Assembly (NCBI GenBank): GCA_903908245.1
Contig: CAIVRE010000024.1
Location: 9,676-73,675, forward strand
Direction: 5' to 3'
DNA length: 64,000 bases
Source of the DNA: Candidatus Omnitrophota bacterium
GTDB taxonomy: Bacteria; Omnitrophota; Gorgyraeia; Zapsychrales; Fredricksoniimonadaceae
How positions within the stretch are numbered: the first letter of the stretch is position 1; the number at the start of each line of letters is the position of its first letter. Under the pieces are notes generated by a model. It made no database searches and had not been told where the DNA came from. It saw only the letters and a list, made by a program, of their open reading frames with translations. Shown here piece by piece: positions 53,951 through 63,635 of this stretch. Both the position numbers and the translations under genes were made by a program.

Positions 53951-55618
53951 ATGACAATCGCCCATGTAGTTTTCCCTGTCCCTGTAGACAATCATTTCGA
54001 CTATCTCGTCCCTGAAGATCGGATCGGACGGGCCCTGGTGGGGTGCAGGGTCCAGGCGGTGTTTGCCCGCAAGAAAAGCGTGGGGGTGGTCGTCGGCCTG
54101 GCGGAACATTCGGATTACAAGGATCTGATCACGATCATTAAGGTCCTTGATGATGTGCCGGTCTTTTCGGCCGCCATGCTGGATTTTGCCAGGGCGTTCG
54201 CGGGACATAATGCCTGTTCGTTCGGCGAGGCCCTGTCCATGGGCCTGCCGGCGTATCTGCGCAAGGCCGGTTCTCGAAAGAAGGCTGCCGGGGGTTGGCC
54301 GTCGGATGGCCAGGGGCTTCCGGAAAAACTGCCTGTCAGGAACGATCTCATTTTCGACCCTTCTTTTGATAAACGCTGGGATATCCTTCTGCCCCGGATG
54401 CGCGCGGAATTGGCGGCTGGCCGAAGCGTTCTGGTGCTGGTGCCGGAAAGTTCGTATCTGGAAGAAGTCTTGCCTCATATCGGGCCTTTGGCCGGGCCTG
54501 ACGGGCGGGTTTTGCTGCGCCAGGATACCGAGAAAGAAGAATATGCCCGCTGGCTCAAGGTCCGCTCGGGAGACGTCAAGCTTGCCGTGGGGTTCCTGTC
54601 GGCGGTTTTTGCGCCGGTCCAGGCATTGGGTCTTATTGTTGTGATCGATGAAGAAAGCCGATTTTATAAAAATGACCAGACCCCGTTCTATCACGCGCGG
54701 GAGGCCGCGTTCCTGCGTGCCGAGAAAGAAAATGCGTCGGTTGTCTGTGTGTCGAGCGCGCCGTCCGTCGAACTTTGGCGTGAGGTGGCTGAGGGCAGGG
54801 TGGCCCTTGAAAAGGCCGACGCGCCGTTGCCATCGGTCCGGTTCCTGGATATTTCAAATTTCAAGATGAAGAAAGGCAGCCTTCTTTCGCCGGGGCTTCG
54901 CCTGCATCTTGAGAAAGTATTGAAAGAAGGCGGGAAAGCACTGTTGTATGTCCCGGCGGCCAAGGGCGTCGGTTATGTGCTCGAGGAGATCGGAAAGTAT
55001 ATGCCTCAAGCCCGGGCGGCGGGGTATGACCAATCGTCCGTGGCCAGGCCCGATGTTGATATCCTGGTGGCGACCCAGGCGATCTTTCGTTTTCGCGGAC
55101 GGGTGACCTATGATTTCGCGGCGGCACTGGATATCGATTATGAATTCCATAAAGCCGACCATCGCGCGGGCCACGCGGCTTTTGCCCTGGTGCAGTATTT
55201 GCGGCAGATGGCGCGCAAGTCCGTGCTGCTGCAGACCCGTGAACCGCGCAGCCCCCAGTTGCATGCGATCGCCGATGACGGTCATGAGAAGTTCTACACC
55301 CAGGAGCTGGCGGCGCGGGAGGAAATGGGCTTTCCTCCGTTCGGGGTCTTTGCGGCACTGGTCATCCGTTCGGCCGACCCTGAACTTGCTTGCGCAGAGA
55401 GTAAAAGGCTTTATGATATATTCGTTGCCGCCGGTCATGCCGGGGTTAATGTGATGGAACCCGCGCAGGACCGGGCGGCTATTGTGCGCGGGAAGTTCCG
55501 CTGGCGCGTGATGCTGCAGGGCCAGGACCGCATGGCGGTTGTCGCCGCAGCCCGTGCGACAGCGTTGAAGTTCCACGGCAAGAAAGACACTATCTTAACG
55601 GTGAATATCGACCCATGA
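53951..55618 (+). CDS. PriA-like primosomal protein N' homologue lacking Walker A and the Cys-rich zinc-binding region (degenerate helicase)
   Basis: PriA 3'-DNA-binding N-terminus 'FDYLVPE...GCRVQAVFARKKSVGVVVG', 'VLVLVPE', Walker-B-like 'VVIDEESRFYKNDQTPFYHAREAA', C-terminal 'YTQELAAREEMGFPPFGVFAAL'. There is no GxxGK[ST] anywhere in the 555 aa, and the CxxC...CxxC block is absent. Confidence 0.6.
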   Translation: MTIAHVVFPVPVDNHFDYLVPEDRIGRALVGCRVQAVFARKKSVGVVVGLAEHSDYKDLITIIKVLDDVPVFSAAMLDFARAFAGHNACSFGEALSMGLPAYLRKAGSRKKAAGGWPSDGQGLPEKLPVRNDLIFDPSFDKRWDILLPRMRAELAAGRSVLVLVPESSYLEEVLPHIGPLAGPDGRVLLRQDTEKEEYARWLKVRSGDVKLAVGFLSAVFAPVQALGLIVVIDEESRFYKNDQTPFYHAREAAFLRAEKENASVVCVSSAPSVELWREVAEGRVALEKADAPLPSVRFLDISNFKMKKGSLLSPGLRLHLEKVLKEGGKALLYVPAAKGVGYVLEEIGKYMPQARAAGYDQSSVARPDVDILVATQAIFRFRGRVTYDFAAALDIDYEFHKADHRAGHAAFALVQYLRQMARKSVLLQTREPRSPQLHAIADDGHEKFYTQELAAREEMGFPPFGVFAALVIRSADPELACAESKRLYDIFVAAGHAGVNVMEPAQDRAAIVRGKFRWRVMLQGQDRMAVVAAARATALKFHGKKDTILTVNIDP

Positions 55619-56550
55619 GAATCGTTTTTTTCGGTTGTGATGATTTTGCGGCGGTGAGCCTCAAGCGGCTTGTTGATGACGGCCATACCCTGGCGGCTTT
55701 GGTCACCCAGCCGGACAAGCCTCAGGGCCGTGGATTGCATGTTGCGTATTCCGCTACCAAAGAACTTGCGCTCCGGTTGTCTCTGGATGTTTTTCAGCCG
55801 GTGGAATTGAAAGATGAGGTGGTTACGGCGCGGTTAAGGGGTTATAACGCCGATGTTTTTGTGGTGGTGGCCTATGGCAAGTTTCTTCCGCCGGAGGTCC
55901 TGGGTATCCCGAAGTATTTTTGCGTGAATGTTCATCCGTCGCTGCTCCCTCGATATCGCGGCGCGGCGCCTGTTAACTGGGCGGTCATTAACGGTGATAC
56001 CCGGACGGGGATCACCTTGATCAGGATGAATGCCTCCATGGATGGCGGCGATATCCTGGCGCAGGAAGAGTATCCGTTACCCGAAGACATTTCATCTTCC
56101 TCTTTGCGGGAACAACTGGCGGTGTCCGGCGCGAATATGCTCGCGGAACTTCTGCCGCGTATCCCTGCCGGGGAATTTCATTGCCGGAAACAGGACAGTT
56201 CACTGGCGACCCGCGCGCCGAAGCTGCATAAAGAGCTGGGGCATATTCAGTGGACGGATGCCGCGAAGAAGATCCACGACCTGGTGCGCGGGACGCAGCC
56301 CTGGCCCGGGGCATATACTTTTCTTAAAGGGGATCTTTTGAAGGTCCTGGACGCCGCGCCATGCGATGCCGCGGCTTCGGGTGTCGCTGGCGAGATCGTT
56401 GAGCTTCACAAGGACGGTTTTTGTGTCCAGGCCGGCGACCGGGCGGTGCTGGTCAGGCGTGTTCATCCGGCGGGCGGGAAAGCCATGGATGCCCGCAGTT
56501 TTTTGGCCGGGCATAAATTAACGCTGGGAGAGAGGCTGGGGAGTCCCTGA
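55615..56550 (+). CDS. fmt: methionyl-tRNA formyltransferase
   Basis: 'IVFFGCDDFA', 'NVHPSLLPRYRGAAPVNWAVINGD', C-terminal 'HPAGGKAMDARSFLAG'; canonical position downstream of priA. Confidence 0.85.
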   Translation: MRIVFFGCDDFAAVSLKRLVDDGHTLAALVTQPDKPQGRGLHVAYSATKELALRLSLDVFQPVELKDEVVTARLRGYNADVFVVVAYGKFLPPEVLGIPKYFCVNVHPSLLPRYRGAAPVNWAVINGDTRTGITLIRMNASMDGGDILAQEEYPLPEDISSSSLREQLAVSGANMLAELLPRIPAGEFHCRKQDSSLATRAPKLHKELGHIQWTDAAKKIHDLVRGTQPWPGAYTFLKGDLLKVLDAAPCDAAASGVAGEIVELHKDGFCVQAGDRAVLVRRVHPAGGKAMDARSFLAGHKLTLGERLGSP

Positions 56551-58061
56551 TGATGAACAAGGCGGGTTTGATCGTTAAAGTCCTGTGCAGTGTTGTGCTG
56601 ATCGTGATCGCGGCGCAGCTTCTGGCGTACCATTACAGGTTCATTGTTTATCCTTTTCCCAATGAATACCGGGAAGGGGCGATGTTGACCACGACGTCCG
56701 GGCTGGTCCACGGGGTGAACCCCTTTGAACTGAACAATCAGCCGCAGTACATGAACGATTACGGTATTTTTTATTCCATTGTGACGTATCCGTTCGCGAA
56801 AGTTTTTGGCGTGACCATGCTGGTGCACCGGCTGGTGACCGCGTTCTTTATTTTTGCGTGCGGCGGGCTGATGTTCTGGGTCATGCGGCGGCTCAAGACG
56901 GACCTTTTGTTGGCGGCGGTCGGTGTTGTTATTTTTTACGCGTGCTGTTTATACCCCGGGACAACCACGCCGATGGCGAATCCGTCGTCCCTGGGTTTGT
57001 TCCTGTTCCTGTGCGCCCTGTTTGTGCCGTGGTCCAGGGGGTTTTCTTATCCGACGCTGATTTTAAGCGCGGTCCTCGGGATCCTGGGCTATTACACCAA
57101 GCCGTATTACCTTCTGAGCGTCCCGATGCTGGCGCTGTATCTTTTTTGTTTCGTTTCCAAACGCAGGGCTATTGCCTTTTCCCTGATCTTCGCGCTGCTG
57201 GCATTCCTGAGCGTCCTGTTCGTTAACCGTCAATGGAACTGTTATTTCGCGAATTGCTTTTTTCTTCATACCAATCCGGGATGGCTCTCCTGGGGGCAGT
57301 CGATCAGTCAGTTCAAGGCATTTGTTTCACTGTATAGCCTGGTCCTGGTGACCGCGTTCATTGCCCTGGGGGCGCAGATCTTTCAGTCCCGTCATGTCTT
57401 GTGGAAGGCTTTACGTGAGCGCCGGCCGATGTCGTTCATCCTGTATTGCACTATTTTCTGCGCGCTGGTCCTAGCCCTTTGGCTGGGGAAGCATGAAGAG
57501 GCGTGGCTGTGGTATTACTTTCATTTGCTGTCGCCGTTCCTGTTGATCTGTATGGGCGTAACATTGAGCCGTCAGTTGCCGTGGGCAATGTTCTTTGCCC
57601 CTCTTTTGTTATGGAACTGCTGGATCGTGAGCCAGGCGCCTTTGGCCATCAAGTTCGACCCGATGGACCAGAATTGGCGCGATGTCGAGCGGTTGATCAG
57701 CACGCACAAGGATATTCTGAATTCACCTCTGATCGCTCCGCTTTTGGTGGAACATGGCCTGCCGGTCTATGACAACGGCCTGTCGGAGTATTTTAAAAAA
57801 GGCGGTTATCGGGACAACGATCTTGTAAGGATGTTCTCCAAAGGCGATCCCCGGATCATCATGAGGTATTACGTGTTCATGAATGAAGTGAGGGAGAAGA
57901 TCAAGCGCCGGGAGTTCGACCTGGTCATGATCGTTTTTGATTATTCACCGCTGGTGCCGGGGGAGCTCAAGGACTATTACCGGCCCGTCGGGCAGATGGA
58001 GTTGAAAGCTCCGGCGATCGGCGCGTGGCGGATGACCGTGTGGGTGCCCAATGACAAATAA
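56550..58061 (+). CDS. GT-C membrane glycosyltransferase, ArnT-like
   Basis: 503 aa, multi-TM, first loop 'YPFPNEYREGAML' resembling ArnT 'DETRYAEISREML'. Confidence 0.5.
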   Translation: MMNKAGLIVKVLCSVVLIVIAAQLLAYHYRFIVYPFPNEYREGAMLTTTSGLVHGVNPFELNNQPQYMNDYGIFYSIVTYPFAKVFGVTMLVHRLVTAFFIFACGGLMFWVMRRLKTDLLLAAVGVVIFYACCLYPGTTTPMANPSSLGLFLFLCALFVPWSRGFSYPTLILSAVLGILGYYTKPYYLLSVPMLALYLFCFVSKRRAIAFSLIFALLAFLSVLFVNRQWNCYFANCFFLHTNPGWLSWGQSISQFKAFVSLYSLVLVTAFIALGAQIFQSRHVLWKALRERRPMSFILYCTIFCALVLALWLGKHEEAWLWYYFHLLSPFLLICMGVTLSRQLPWAMFFAPLLLWNCWIVSQAPLAIKFDPMDQNWRDVERLISTHKDILNSPLIAPLLVEHGLPVYDNGLSEYFKKGGYRDNDLVRMFSKGDPRIIMRYYVFMNEVREKIKRREFDLVMIVFDYSPLVPGELKDYYRPVGQMELKAPAIGAWRMTVWVPNDK

Positions 58062-58794
58062 TTTTCCAGTTGGTTCATTGTCGGTCGTGATGCCGGTCTT
58101 TAATGAGGAGAAGAATCTTGAGACGGCCCTCGCGCGGACGGTTGAGTCGCTGGAAGCCCTGGGGGTCGTCCATGAGGTTGTGGTTGTTAATGATGCCAGC
58201 CGTGACAAGACCGCGGTACTGGCCAGGCAGCTGGCCCAAAGATACCGGAACGTGAAAGTCGTTGACCATCAGTTCAACCAGGGGATCGGGCGGGCCTTTC
58301 GCACGGGTATTGAGAGCGCGGCGATGGATTATGTGATCCTGATCCCGGCCGATAATCCCCCTTCGCCGGAAGACCTTCGGCCGTTCCTTGGGCCCATGGG
58401 GCAATTTGATATTATCGCGGGGGTCCGCGAGCGCCGCGAAGGCTATACGCCGTTACTGGCTTTTCTGTCGTTTACTTATAACCGTGTTTTTATTCCACTG
58501 CTTTTCGGGTTGAGATTGAAGGATGTCAATTGGATCCAGGCGTATCGAAGGAGAATATTCACAGAGGGCGGCATAAGGATCGAGCATCCCGGGATATTCT
58601 TTTTTGTGGAGGTTCTGGTTAAGGCCAAGCGTTTGGGGTTTTCCGTTATTGAGGTCCCGTCCCGGATGCAGAAACGGCTTTATGGCCGGCCGACCATTTC
58701 CCGGATCCCGGTCATTCTGAAGATCTTCCGCGACGCGGTCGCGTTCTTTTTCAAGCTGCATTTTGCTCAAAGGACAGGGGTGGCGCCGCGATGA
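58051..58794 (+). CDS. GT2 polyprenol-phosphate glycosyltransferase (ArnC/CsbB/DPM1-like)
   Basis: 'LSVVMPVFNEEKNLETAL...VVVVNDASRDKT'; 247 aa. Confidence 0.8.
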   Translation: MTNNFPVGSLSVVMPVFNEEKNLETALARTVESLEALGVVHEVVVVNDASRDKTAVLARQLAQRYRNVKVVDHQFNQGIGRAFRTGIESAAMDYVILIPADNPPSPEDLRPFLGPMGQFDIIAGVRERREGYTPLLAFLSFTYNRVFIPLLFGLRLKDVNWIQAYRRRIFTEGGIRIEHPGIFFFVEVLVKAKRLGFSVIEVPSRMQKRLYGRPTISRIPVILKIFRDAVAFFFKLHFAQRTGVAPR

Positions 58795-60983
58795 ATGACC
58801 CGTCTTCTTCCGGGACATGTAATACGCGTGATGTTTCGCCTGCCGTCCGGTTCTGGGCATTGGCGGTACCCTTTTTGCTTTGGCTTTGGCTGCATCATTG
58901 GGGGAATATCGCCCTCCAGGTGGATAACCGATGGTACGGGCATTGGATCACTTACCATTTTGATTATCTTTCCAGGGGGATCTTTCCATTGTGGGACCCT
59001 TTTCGCGCTTGGGGCTGGCCTGATGTTTATGATACGCGTTTTTTTGGTGACTTGAATCCGCTGTATCTTTTTATCCCTTTGTTGAATTGGTTCCATCTGC
59101 CTCCTTTCATGGTATTCAATGTTTTTCTTGTCCTGTTTTATTTATTGGGCGGGATCGGTTTTTATTTATTCGTCAGGAGTGTGTGGGGCCGGGAGCTGCC
59201 CGCGCTGGTGGCCTATGCCATGTTCATGTTTTCCATGATGGGAGAGCTTTTATTTTCTCAGTTAACGGTCATGTCGATGCTCTTTTCCAGTGTCTGGTTT
59301 TTTTATTTTTTCTCCGGATATTTGAAAGCGCGGGAGCCTGCGAAGCAGAGAAAGTATTTTGCCGGACTTGTTTTCGTGATGATGCTGGTCGTTTCAACGT
59401 ATGTGCCGTTCTTTTTCGTTGTTTCGATCTGTGCTTTGATCCTGGCGGCGGTGCTGCTTTGTCCCTGGGTGTTCATTGCGATCGTTAAGGCGAGTTTTGC
59501 TTTTGCCAGGGCGTTCCCGGTCTTTTTTTGGATTGGCGTCGGGTCATTGGTTGTGGCTTGCCTTCCGGGGTTATTTTTTTATTTATCAACAAATCACGGC
59601 AATATTGTTCTTTTATGGGAACGCAATGCCTATGGTTCTGCCAGTAATGTAACGGTTCCGTTGGGCATGATCAGCCAGAGCGGTCTGTCGGCTCAAATTT
59701 CGCTGGGAGAGATCCTTGCGGATCAGGACTTTGTGATGAACACGTTCTGTTATGTCCCTGTTTTTCTTGTTATTTTGTTGTCATTGGGATGTTTGACCCG
59801 GATGGATGTCCGCCATCGGGTCATTTTTGTTACGGCTCTTGGTATGGCCCTTTTTGCGCTGGCGGGGGTGACGCCGGTCCACGCATTCTTGTATGAACAT
59901 GTCGGAATATTTCGCCTGTTCCGGAACTTGTATTTTCTCGGGCCTTTGTTGATGCTGGCGTTCACGGCGCTTGGCGTCGGTCAATTGCAGGCGTTCCTGG
60001 AGGCCAGGCCGAAGGCTTTCGGGAAAAGGGCCTGGTATCTTGCGTTTATTGCTCTGGTCCATTTGGGCTGGATGATCGTTCTTCTTCGCCAGGAACGTGT
60101 TTTGTGGAGTTCTTACGCTACGGTGGCCGGAGGAGCGGTTGTTTTTGTGTTGTATGGCCTGGAGTTCTTTGACCGTCGCAAAGGGTTTTTCCTGGCTGCC
60201 CTTTTATGCCTGGCCATGCTTCAGCCCGGCGATCTTATCATGAAATATTGGAGTGTCTGGGGTACAGGGGCGGTGGATGTCAGCCGTCAGGAAGAGCCTC
60301 CGTTCGTATATACCCGCCCTTTGCGGGGCCAGATTCCGGAAATGGAGAAAGGGCTGTATCTGGCGCCAAAAACGAAGGCTGATGAATCTGGTTTTCGTCC
60401 GGAAGGGTTTTACGGCACAAAGTATGCGCATGTTTTATATTCCAATATCCCTTCGGGGGATCTTCAGAAATATGTTTCATATAAATTCGTTATTTATGAT
60501 CAGATCTCGTATATGGACGGGGAGCGCCCGGATTGGGGCGCGCTGAGGCGTTCTTTGGGTGGCCTTCAGGGGCCGGCATGGGTACACGAAAAGTCCGCGT
60601 TTCGGAATTTGGCCGGAGAAGGCTCCGCGGATCAGGCCAGGCCTGTTTCCGGGCCGTCGGATGTGTTCAAGGTTACCGGGTTTGATCCGAATCGTGTCCG
60701 GTTTGTGACGAACTTCCTTGCGCGTAAGTTTGTTGTTTTTAACGACAGCTATTATCCGGGCTGGATGGTGTTTGTGAATGGCAGGGAACATCCATTGTAC
60801 CGGGCCAATGTGGCTTTTAAAGGGGTATGGATCGATGCTGGCCCCCAGGACATTGAATTCAGGTTCGGGGCGAATATGACATATGTCTGGCATTGGGGAT
60901 TAGTGGGGTTTTTCGCCGCATGGGGAGGGTTTGTCGGATATCTGTTAATACGGAGAAAAAGATGCGTTGTCCCCAAGGCCTAA
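58791..60983 (+). CDS. YfhO-like large polytopic GT-C membrane protein
   Basis: 730 aa, more than 14 TM helices, early motifs 'HWITYHFDYLSRGIFPLWDPFRAWGWP'; follows a CsbB-like GT2, as in the CsbB-YfhO pairs. Confidence 0.5.
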   Translation: MNDPSSSGTCNTRDVSPAVRFWALAVPFLLWLWLHHWGNIALQVDNRWYGHWITYHFDYLSRGIFPLWDPFRAWGWPDVYDTRFFGDLNPLYLFIPLLNWFHLPPFMVFNVFLVLFYLLGGIGFYLFVRSVWGRELPALVAYAMFMFSMMGELLFSQLTVMSMLFSSVWFFYFFSGYLKAREPAKQRKYFAGLVFVMMLVVSTYVPFFFVVSICALILAAVLLCPWVFIAIVKASFAFARAFPVFFWIGVGSLVVACLPGLFFYLSTNHGNIVLLWERNAYGSASNVTVPLGMISQSGLSAQISLGEILADQDFVMNTFCYVPVFLVILLSLGCLTRMDVRHRVIFVTALGMALFALAGVTPVHAFLYEHVGIFRLFRNLYFLGPLLMLAFTALGVGQLQAFLEARPKAFGKRAWYLAFIALVHLGWMIVLLRQERVLWSSYATVAGGAVVFVLYGLEFFDRRKGFFLAALLCLAMLQPGDLIMKYWSVWGTGAVDVSRQEEPPFVYTRPLRGQIPEMEKGLYLAPKTKADESGFRPEGFYGTKYAHVLYSNIPSGDLQKYVSYKFVIYDQISYMDGERPDWGALRRSLGGLQGPAWVHEKSAFRNLAGEGSADQARPVSGPSDVFKVTGFDPNRVRFVTNFLARKFVVFNDSYYPGWMVFVNGREHPLYRANVAFKGVWIDAGPQDIEFRFGANMTYVWHWGLVGFFAAWGGFVGYLLIRRKRCVVPKA

Positions 60984-61639
60984 AGGCTTTCTTATCGAGT
61001 TCGCTGGCGGCTTACGTGTTGGCTGCGGTTATTTTTGGAGGCGTGGTTAATTACAAAGATACTGTGATCCAGCGGATGAACTCTGTGCTTGAATGGGGCG
61101 ATTATCCGGCTCAATTGGAGCGTGGAGCGGTGAAGTATGATGAGCGGCGGTTACGTTTCGCCGTGCGGTATTACAAGCTGGTTGCAGAGATCCTGCCTCA
61201 GAGCGATCAGCCTGTCGCGGTGATCGGTTATTGTTATGCCCGTCTGGGGGAAAATGCGCTGGCAGTTAAATATTATCAAAAGGCTTTGGGCAAGAACAGA
61301 GACCATTTCTGGCTGGAGTATGATCTGGGGATCCTTTATTATCGGATGAAAGATCCGGTCCGGGCTTATGCGGCTTTCGGGAATATTACAGGGCGGGATA
61401 TCAAGCGGTTGGTGGAGTCTTCCGTGTTATCGCCTTTGCAGAAGATGCCGGAAGAGAATCGGAAGCTTTTTTTTATGAACGCCGGACGTTTCGCGCTTGA
61501 TCTGAGGCAGAAAAGCCTGCAGATGATGGCGAGGATCGATTTTGAACGTTCGAACGGCCGGGTCGCGGCTGCCGACGCGGGGATCGTCCTGCATCCCTGG
61601 GCGTTCTATATTCAGCCGGGGAAAGAACTGTTCTTCTAG
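60962..61639 (+). CDS. TPR-repeat protein with N-terminal membrane anchor (paralogue of 32442..33164)
   Basis: 'VIGYCYARLGENALAVKYYQKALGKNRDHFWLEYDLGILYYRMKDPVRAYAAF' TPR units; start ambiguous. Confidence 0.55.
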   Translation: MRCPQGLKAFLSSSLAAYVLAAVIFGGVVNYKDTVIQRMNSVLEWGDYPAQLERGAVKYDERRLRFAVRYYKLVAEILPQSDQPVAVIGYCYARLGENALAVKYYQKALGKNRDHFWLEYDLGILYYRMKDPVRAYAAFGNITGRDIKRLVESSVLSPLQKMPEENRKLFFMNAGRFALDLRQKSLQMMARIDFERSNGRVAAADAGIVLHPWAFYIQPGKELFF

Positions 61640-61674
61640 GGGGGAGGCAACGGCGGGGCCGTTGAAAGATAACG

Positions 61675-63159
61675 ATGACAAAATGGTATTGGCTGGGATA
61701 CGGGATCATTGCCCTGATCTGCAGTATTTGTTATTATCCGTCGCTGTTCCACATGCCTCGGGCGGATCATACCGCTTACCTTGCGGAAGTCGCGCAGAAA
61801 AATGATTTCTTCTCGCTGGCAATAGGGATGTCTGACCTTCCGCGGATCCGTTTGTTCATTCCCGGGGACCAGGCCTTGTTCCGTCCGCTTCTGTTCTTCT
61901 TCCAGGGGGTGGAGAAATATTTCTTTGGTTACCAGTTCATATTCTGGCAGATGACCGGCATTATTCTGCACCTGCTCGTCCTGGGACTTCTTTTGAAGCT
62001 GTTATTGAATATCCGCCAGGGTTTGTTGGCTTTTGTCCTGACGGGGTTCCTGGCGGTTTCTTTTGTCCCCATGGAAATGGTGATATGGCAGCAGATCAAC
62101 GGCTATTTGCTCTTTCTTGTTTTTGTGTTCGTTGCGCTGGACCAGGCGTATTCCTATATCAACCGGAATGATATGAAATTCCGGCGCTTGATCATTATTC
62201 ATGTCGCTTTGCTGGCGGCTTGCCTGACCTATGAAGTGGGCAGTATGCTGTGTTTTCTTTTGTGGATATATTTCCGTATGAATGTCCCCGAAAAGAACCG
62301 GACATGGCTTCATCCGGCACTGCTCCTTTCGCCGGTCTTGTTCTATATGTTGCTCAACGCCTGGGACTGGTTTTGTGTCAGGCATATGGGCCTGCCACAC
62401 GCCATGGCAGTGTCGGGCAAGGGCATCGGCGAGTTGCTTTCGAGCGGGATGTTCGCGACCGCTGTCACCCAGGCGTGTTGGCTCCTGTTCGGGATATTCC
62501 CCGGTCAATTCGGCCTTATCCTGGAGGAACGAACGACGCTTTCTGTTTACAGGGTTTTCCAGGCTTTGAATGTGGTCAGCCTGGCGGTTGTCATCCTGTT
62601 TTGTTTTACTTTTATCCGGTTCAAGTCCAGGGTCTCATTATTCAGGAAATGGAGTTTCGGCGCCTTGATATTCTGGATCATTGTGGCGTACTCGCAAACG
62701 GTCGCGATAGGGCGTGTCATGCCCAGGGGGTGGGGCGTCCTGACGCTCAATCTTTATTACAGCTACATTTATTGGGCGTTCCTGCCGGTCTTTGTTTATG
62801 CCTGCATTGACCCTGACCGGCTGAATGCTTTTGCGTATCGTCGCTGGCTTAAAGGGATCGTTTGCGTGTGTCTTGGAATATTGATGGCGGTAAATGCTTT
62901 TCGGGTCTATAAAGTGAATTACGACAGGGCCGTGCTGAGCAAAAACAGCCGCATGCTGGTACAATCTATTGAACAGCTGAGGAAAGCGCATAGCAGGGAC
63001 GGAAAATTCTCTTTTTATGTCCCGGAGTCTTTCCCCGGCAATTATGAGGTTTCATGGCTGAGCAAGACGGGCGACCCTGCGGATAAGCGCTACACTTTTA
63101 TCGAGGCGCTTTATCAGGGGTCTTTTGACAAGGTAAGCCCGAGGTTTTCAGTGCGATGA
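61675..63159 (+). CDS. polytopic membrane protein, probable GT-C glycosyltransferase
   Basis: 494 aa, multi-TM, early loop 'RADHTAYLAEVAQ' resembling the ArnT 'DE.RYAE' motif. Confidence 0.4.
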   Translation: MTKWYWLGYGIIALICSICYYPSLFHMPRADHTAYLAEVAQKNDFFSLAIGMSDLPRIRLFIPGDQALFRPLLFFFQGVEKYFFGYQFIFWQMTGIILHLLVLGLLLKLLLNIRQGLLAFVLTGFLAVSFVPMEMVIWQQINGYLLFLVFVFVALDQAYSYINRNDMKFRRLIIIHVALLAACLTYEVGSMLCFLLWIYFRMNVPEKNRTWLHPALLLSPVLFYMLLNAWDWFCVRHMGLPHAMAVSGKGIGELLSSGMFATAVTQACWLLFGIFPGQFGLILEERTTLSVYRVFQALNVVSLAVVILFCFTFIRFKSRVSLFRKWSFGALIFWIIVAYSQTVAIGRVMPRGWGVLTLNLYYSYIYWAFLPVFVYACIDPDRLNAFAYRRWLKGIVCVCLGILMAVNAFRVYKVNYDRAVLSKNSRMLVQSIEQLRKAHSRDGKFSFYVPESFPGNYEVSWLSKTGDPADKRYTFIEALYQGSFDKVSPRFSVR

Positions 63160-63207
63160 TGTTGGATAAGGAAGTTTTTTTCAGGGCTGCAACGGGAGAA
63201 TATTGAT

Positions 63208-63627
63208 ATGTTGAATTTACCTGTCAGTGAGATCATGAACGATCATCCCATCAAGGTGAAGTCCGATGTGTCGGTCAGGAATGTGGCGCATCTTCTTTTG
63301 CGGAGCCGGATCAACGGGATCCTGGTGGTGAGCGCGGCCGACCCGCAGAAACTCGTCGGGGTATTTACTACGCGCAACCTTCTTCATTTGATGGGGGATT
63401 CTCTGGCCCGCCGCCGCCAGAAAATGCAGGCCTTGCATGATGTGGGCAGCCAGCCCGTCGGGAATTTCATCAAGGAAAAGTTGTTGACCCTCCAGGCCAG
63501 CGACAATACGGCCAAGGCGGTCGGCCTGATGCACAAGAAGAACGCGGTCACGATCCCGGTCTTTGACGGCGACAAGCTCGTCGGTGTCATTGGCCGGCAT
63601 GATATTATCAATATTGCTTTTGCGTAG
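63208..63627 (+). CDS. CBS-domain pair protein
   Basis: Two CBS units ('VSEIMNDHPIKVKSDVSVRNVAHLL...GILVV', 'TIPVFDGDKLVGVIGRHDII'); 139 aa. Confidence 0.75.
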   Translation: MLNLPVSEIMNDHPIKVKSDVSVRNVAHLLLRSRINGILVVSAADPQKLVGVFTTRNLLHLMGDSLARRRQKMQALHDVGSQPVGNFIKEKLLTLQASDNTAKAVGLMHKKNAVTIPVFDGDKLVGVIGRHDIINIAFA

Positions 63628-63635
63628 GCATTGTC

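Noticed and set aside
55615..56550. fmt-like gene as an ArnA-type N-formyltransferase domain for an Ara4N-like pathway
   Set aside because: The protein carries the Fmt-specific C-terminal tRNA-binding domain ('PAGGKAMDARSFLAG') and sits in the canonical priA-fmt position, so it is most likely the housekeeping Met-tRNA formyltransferase.
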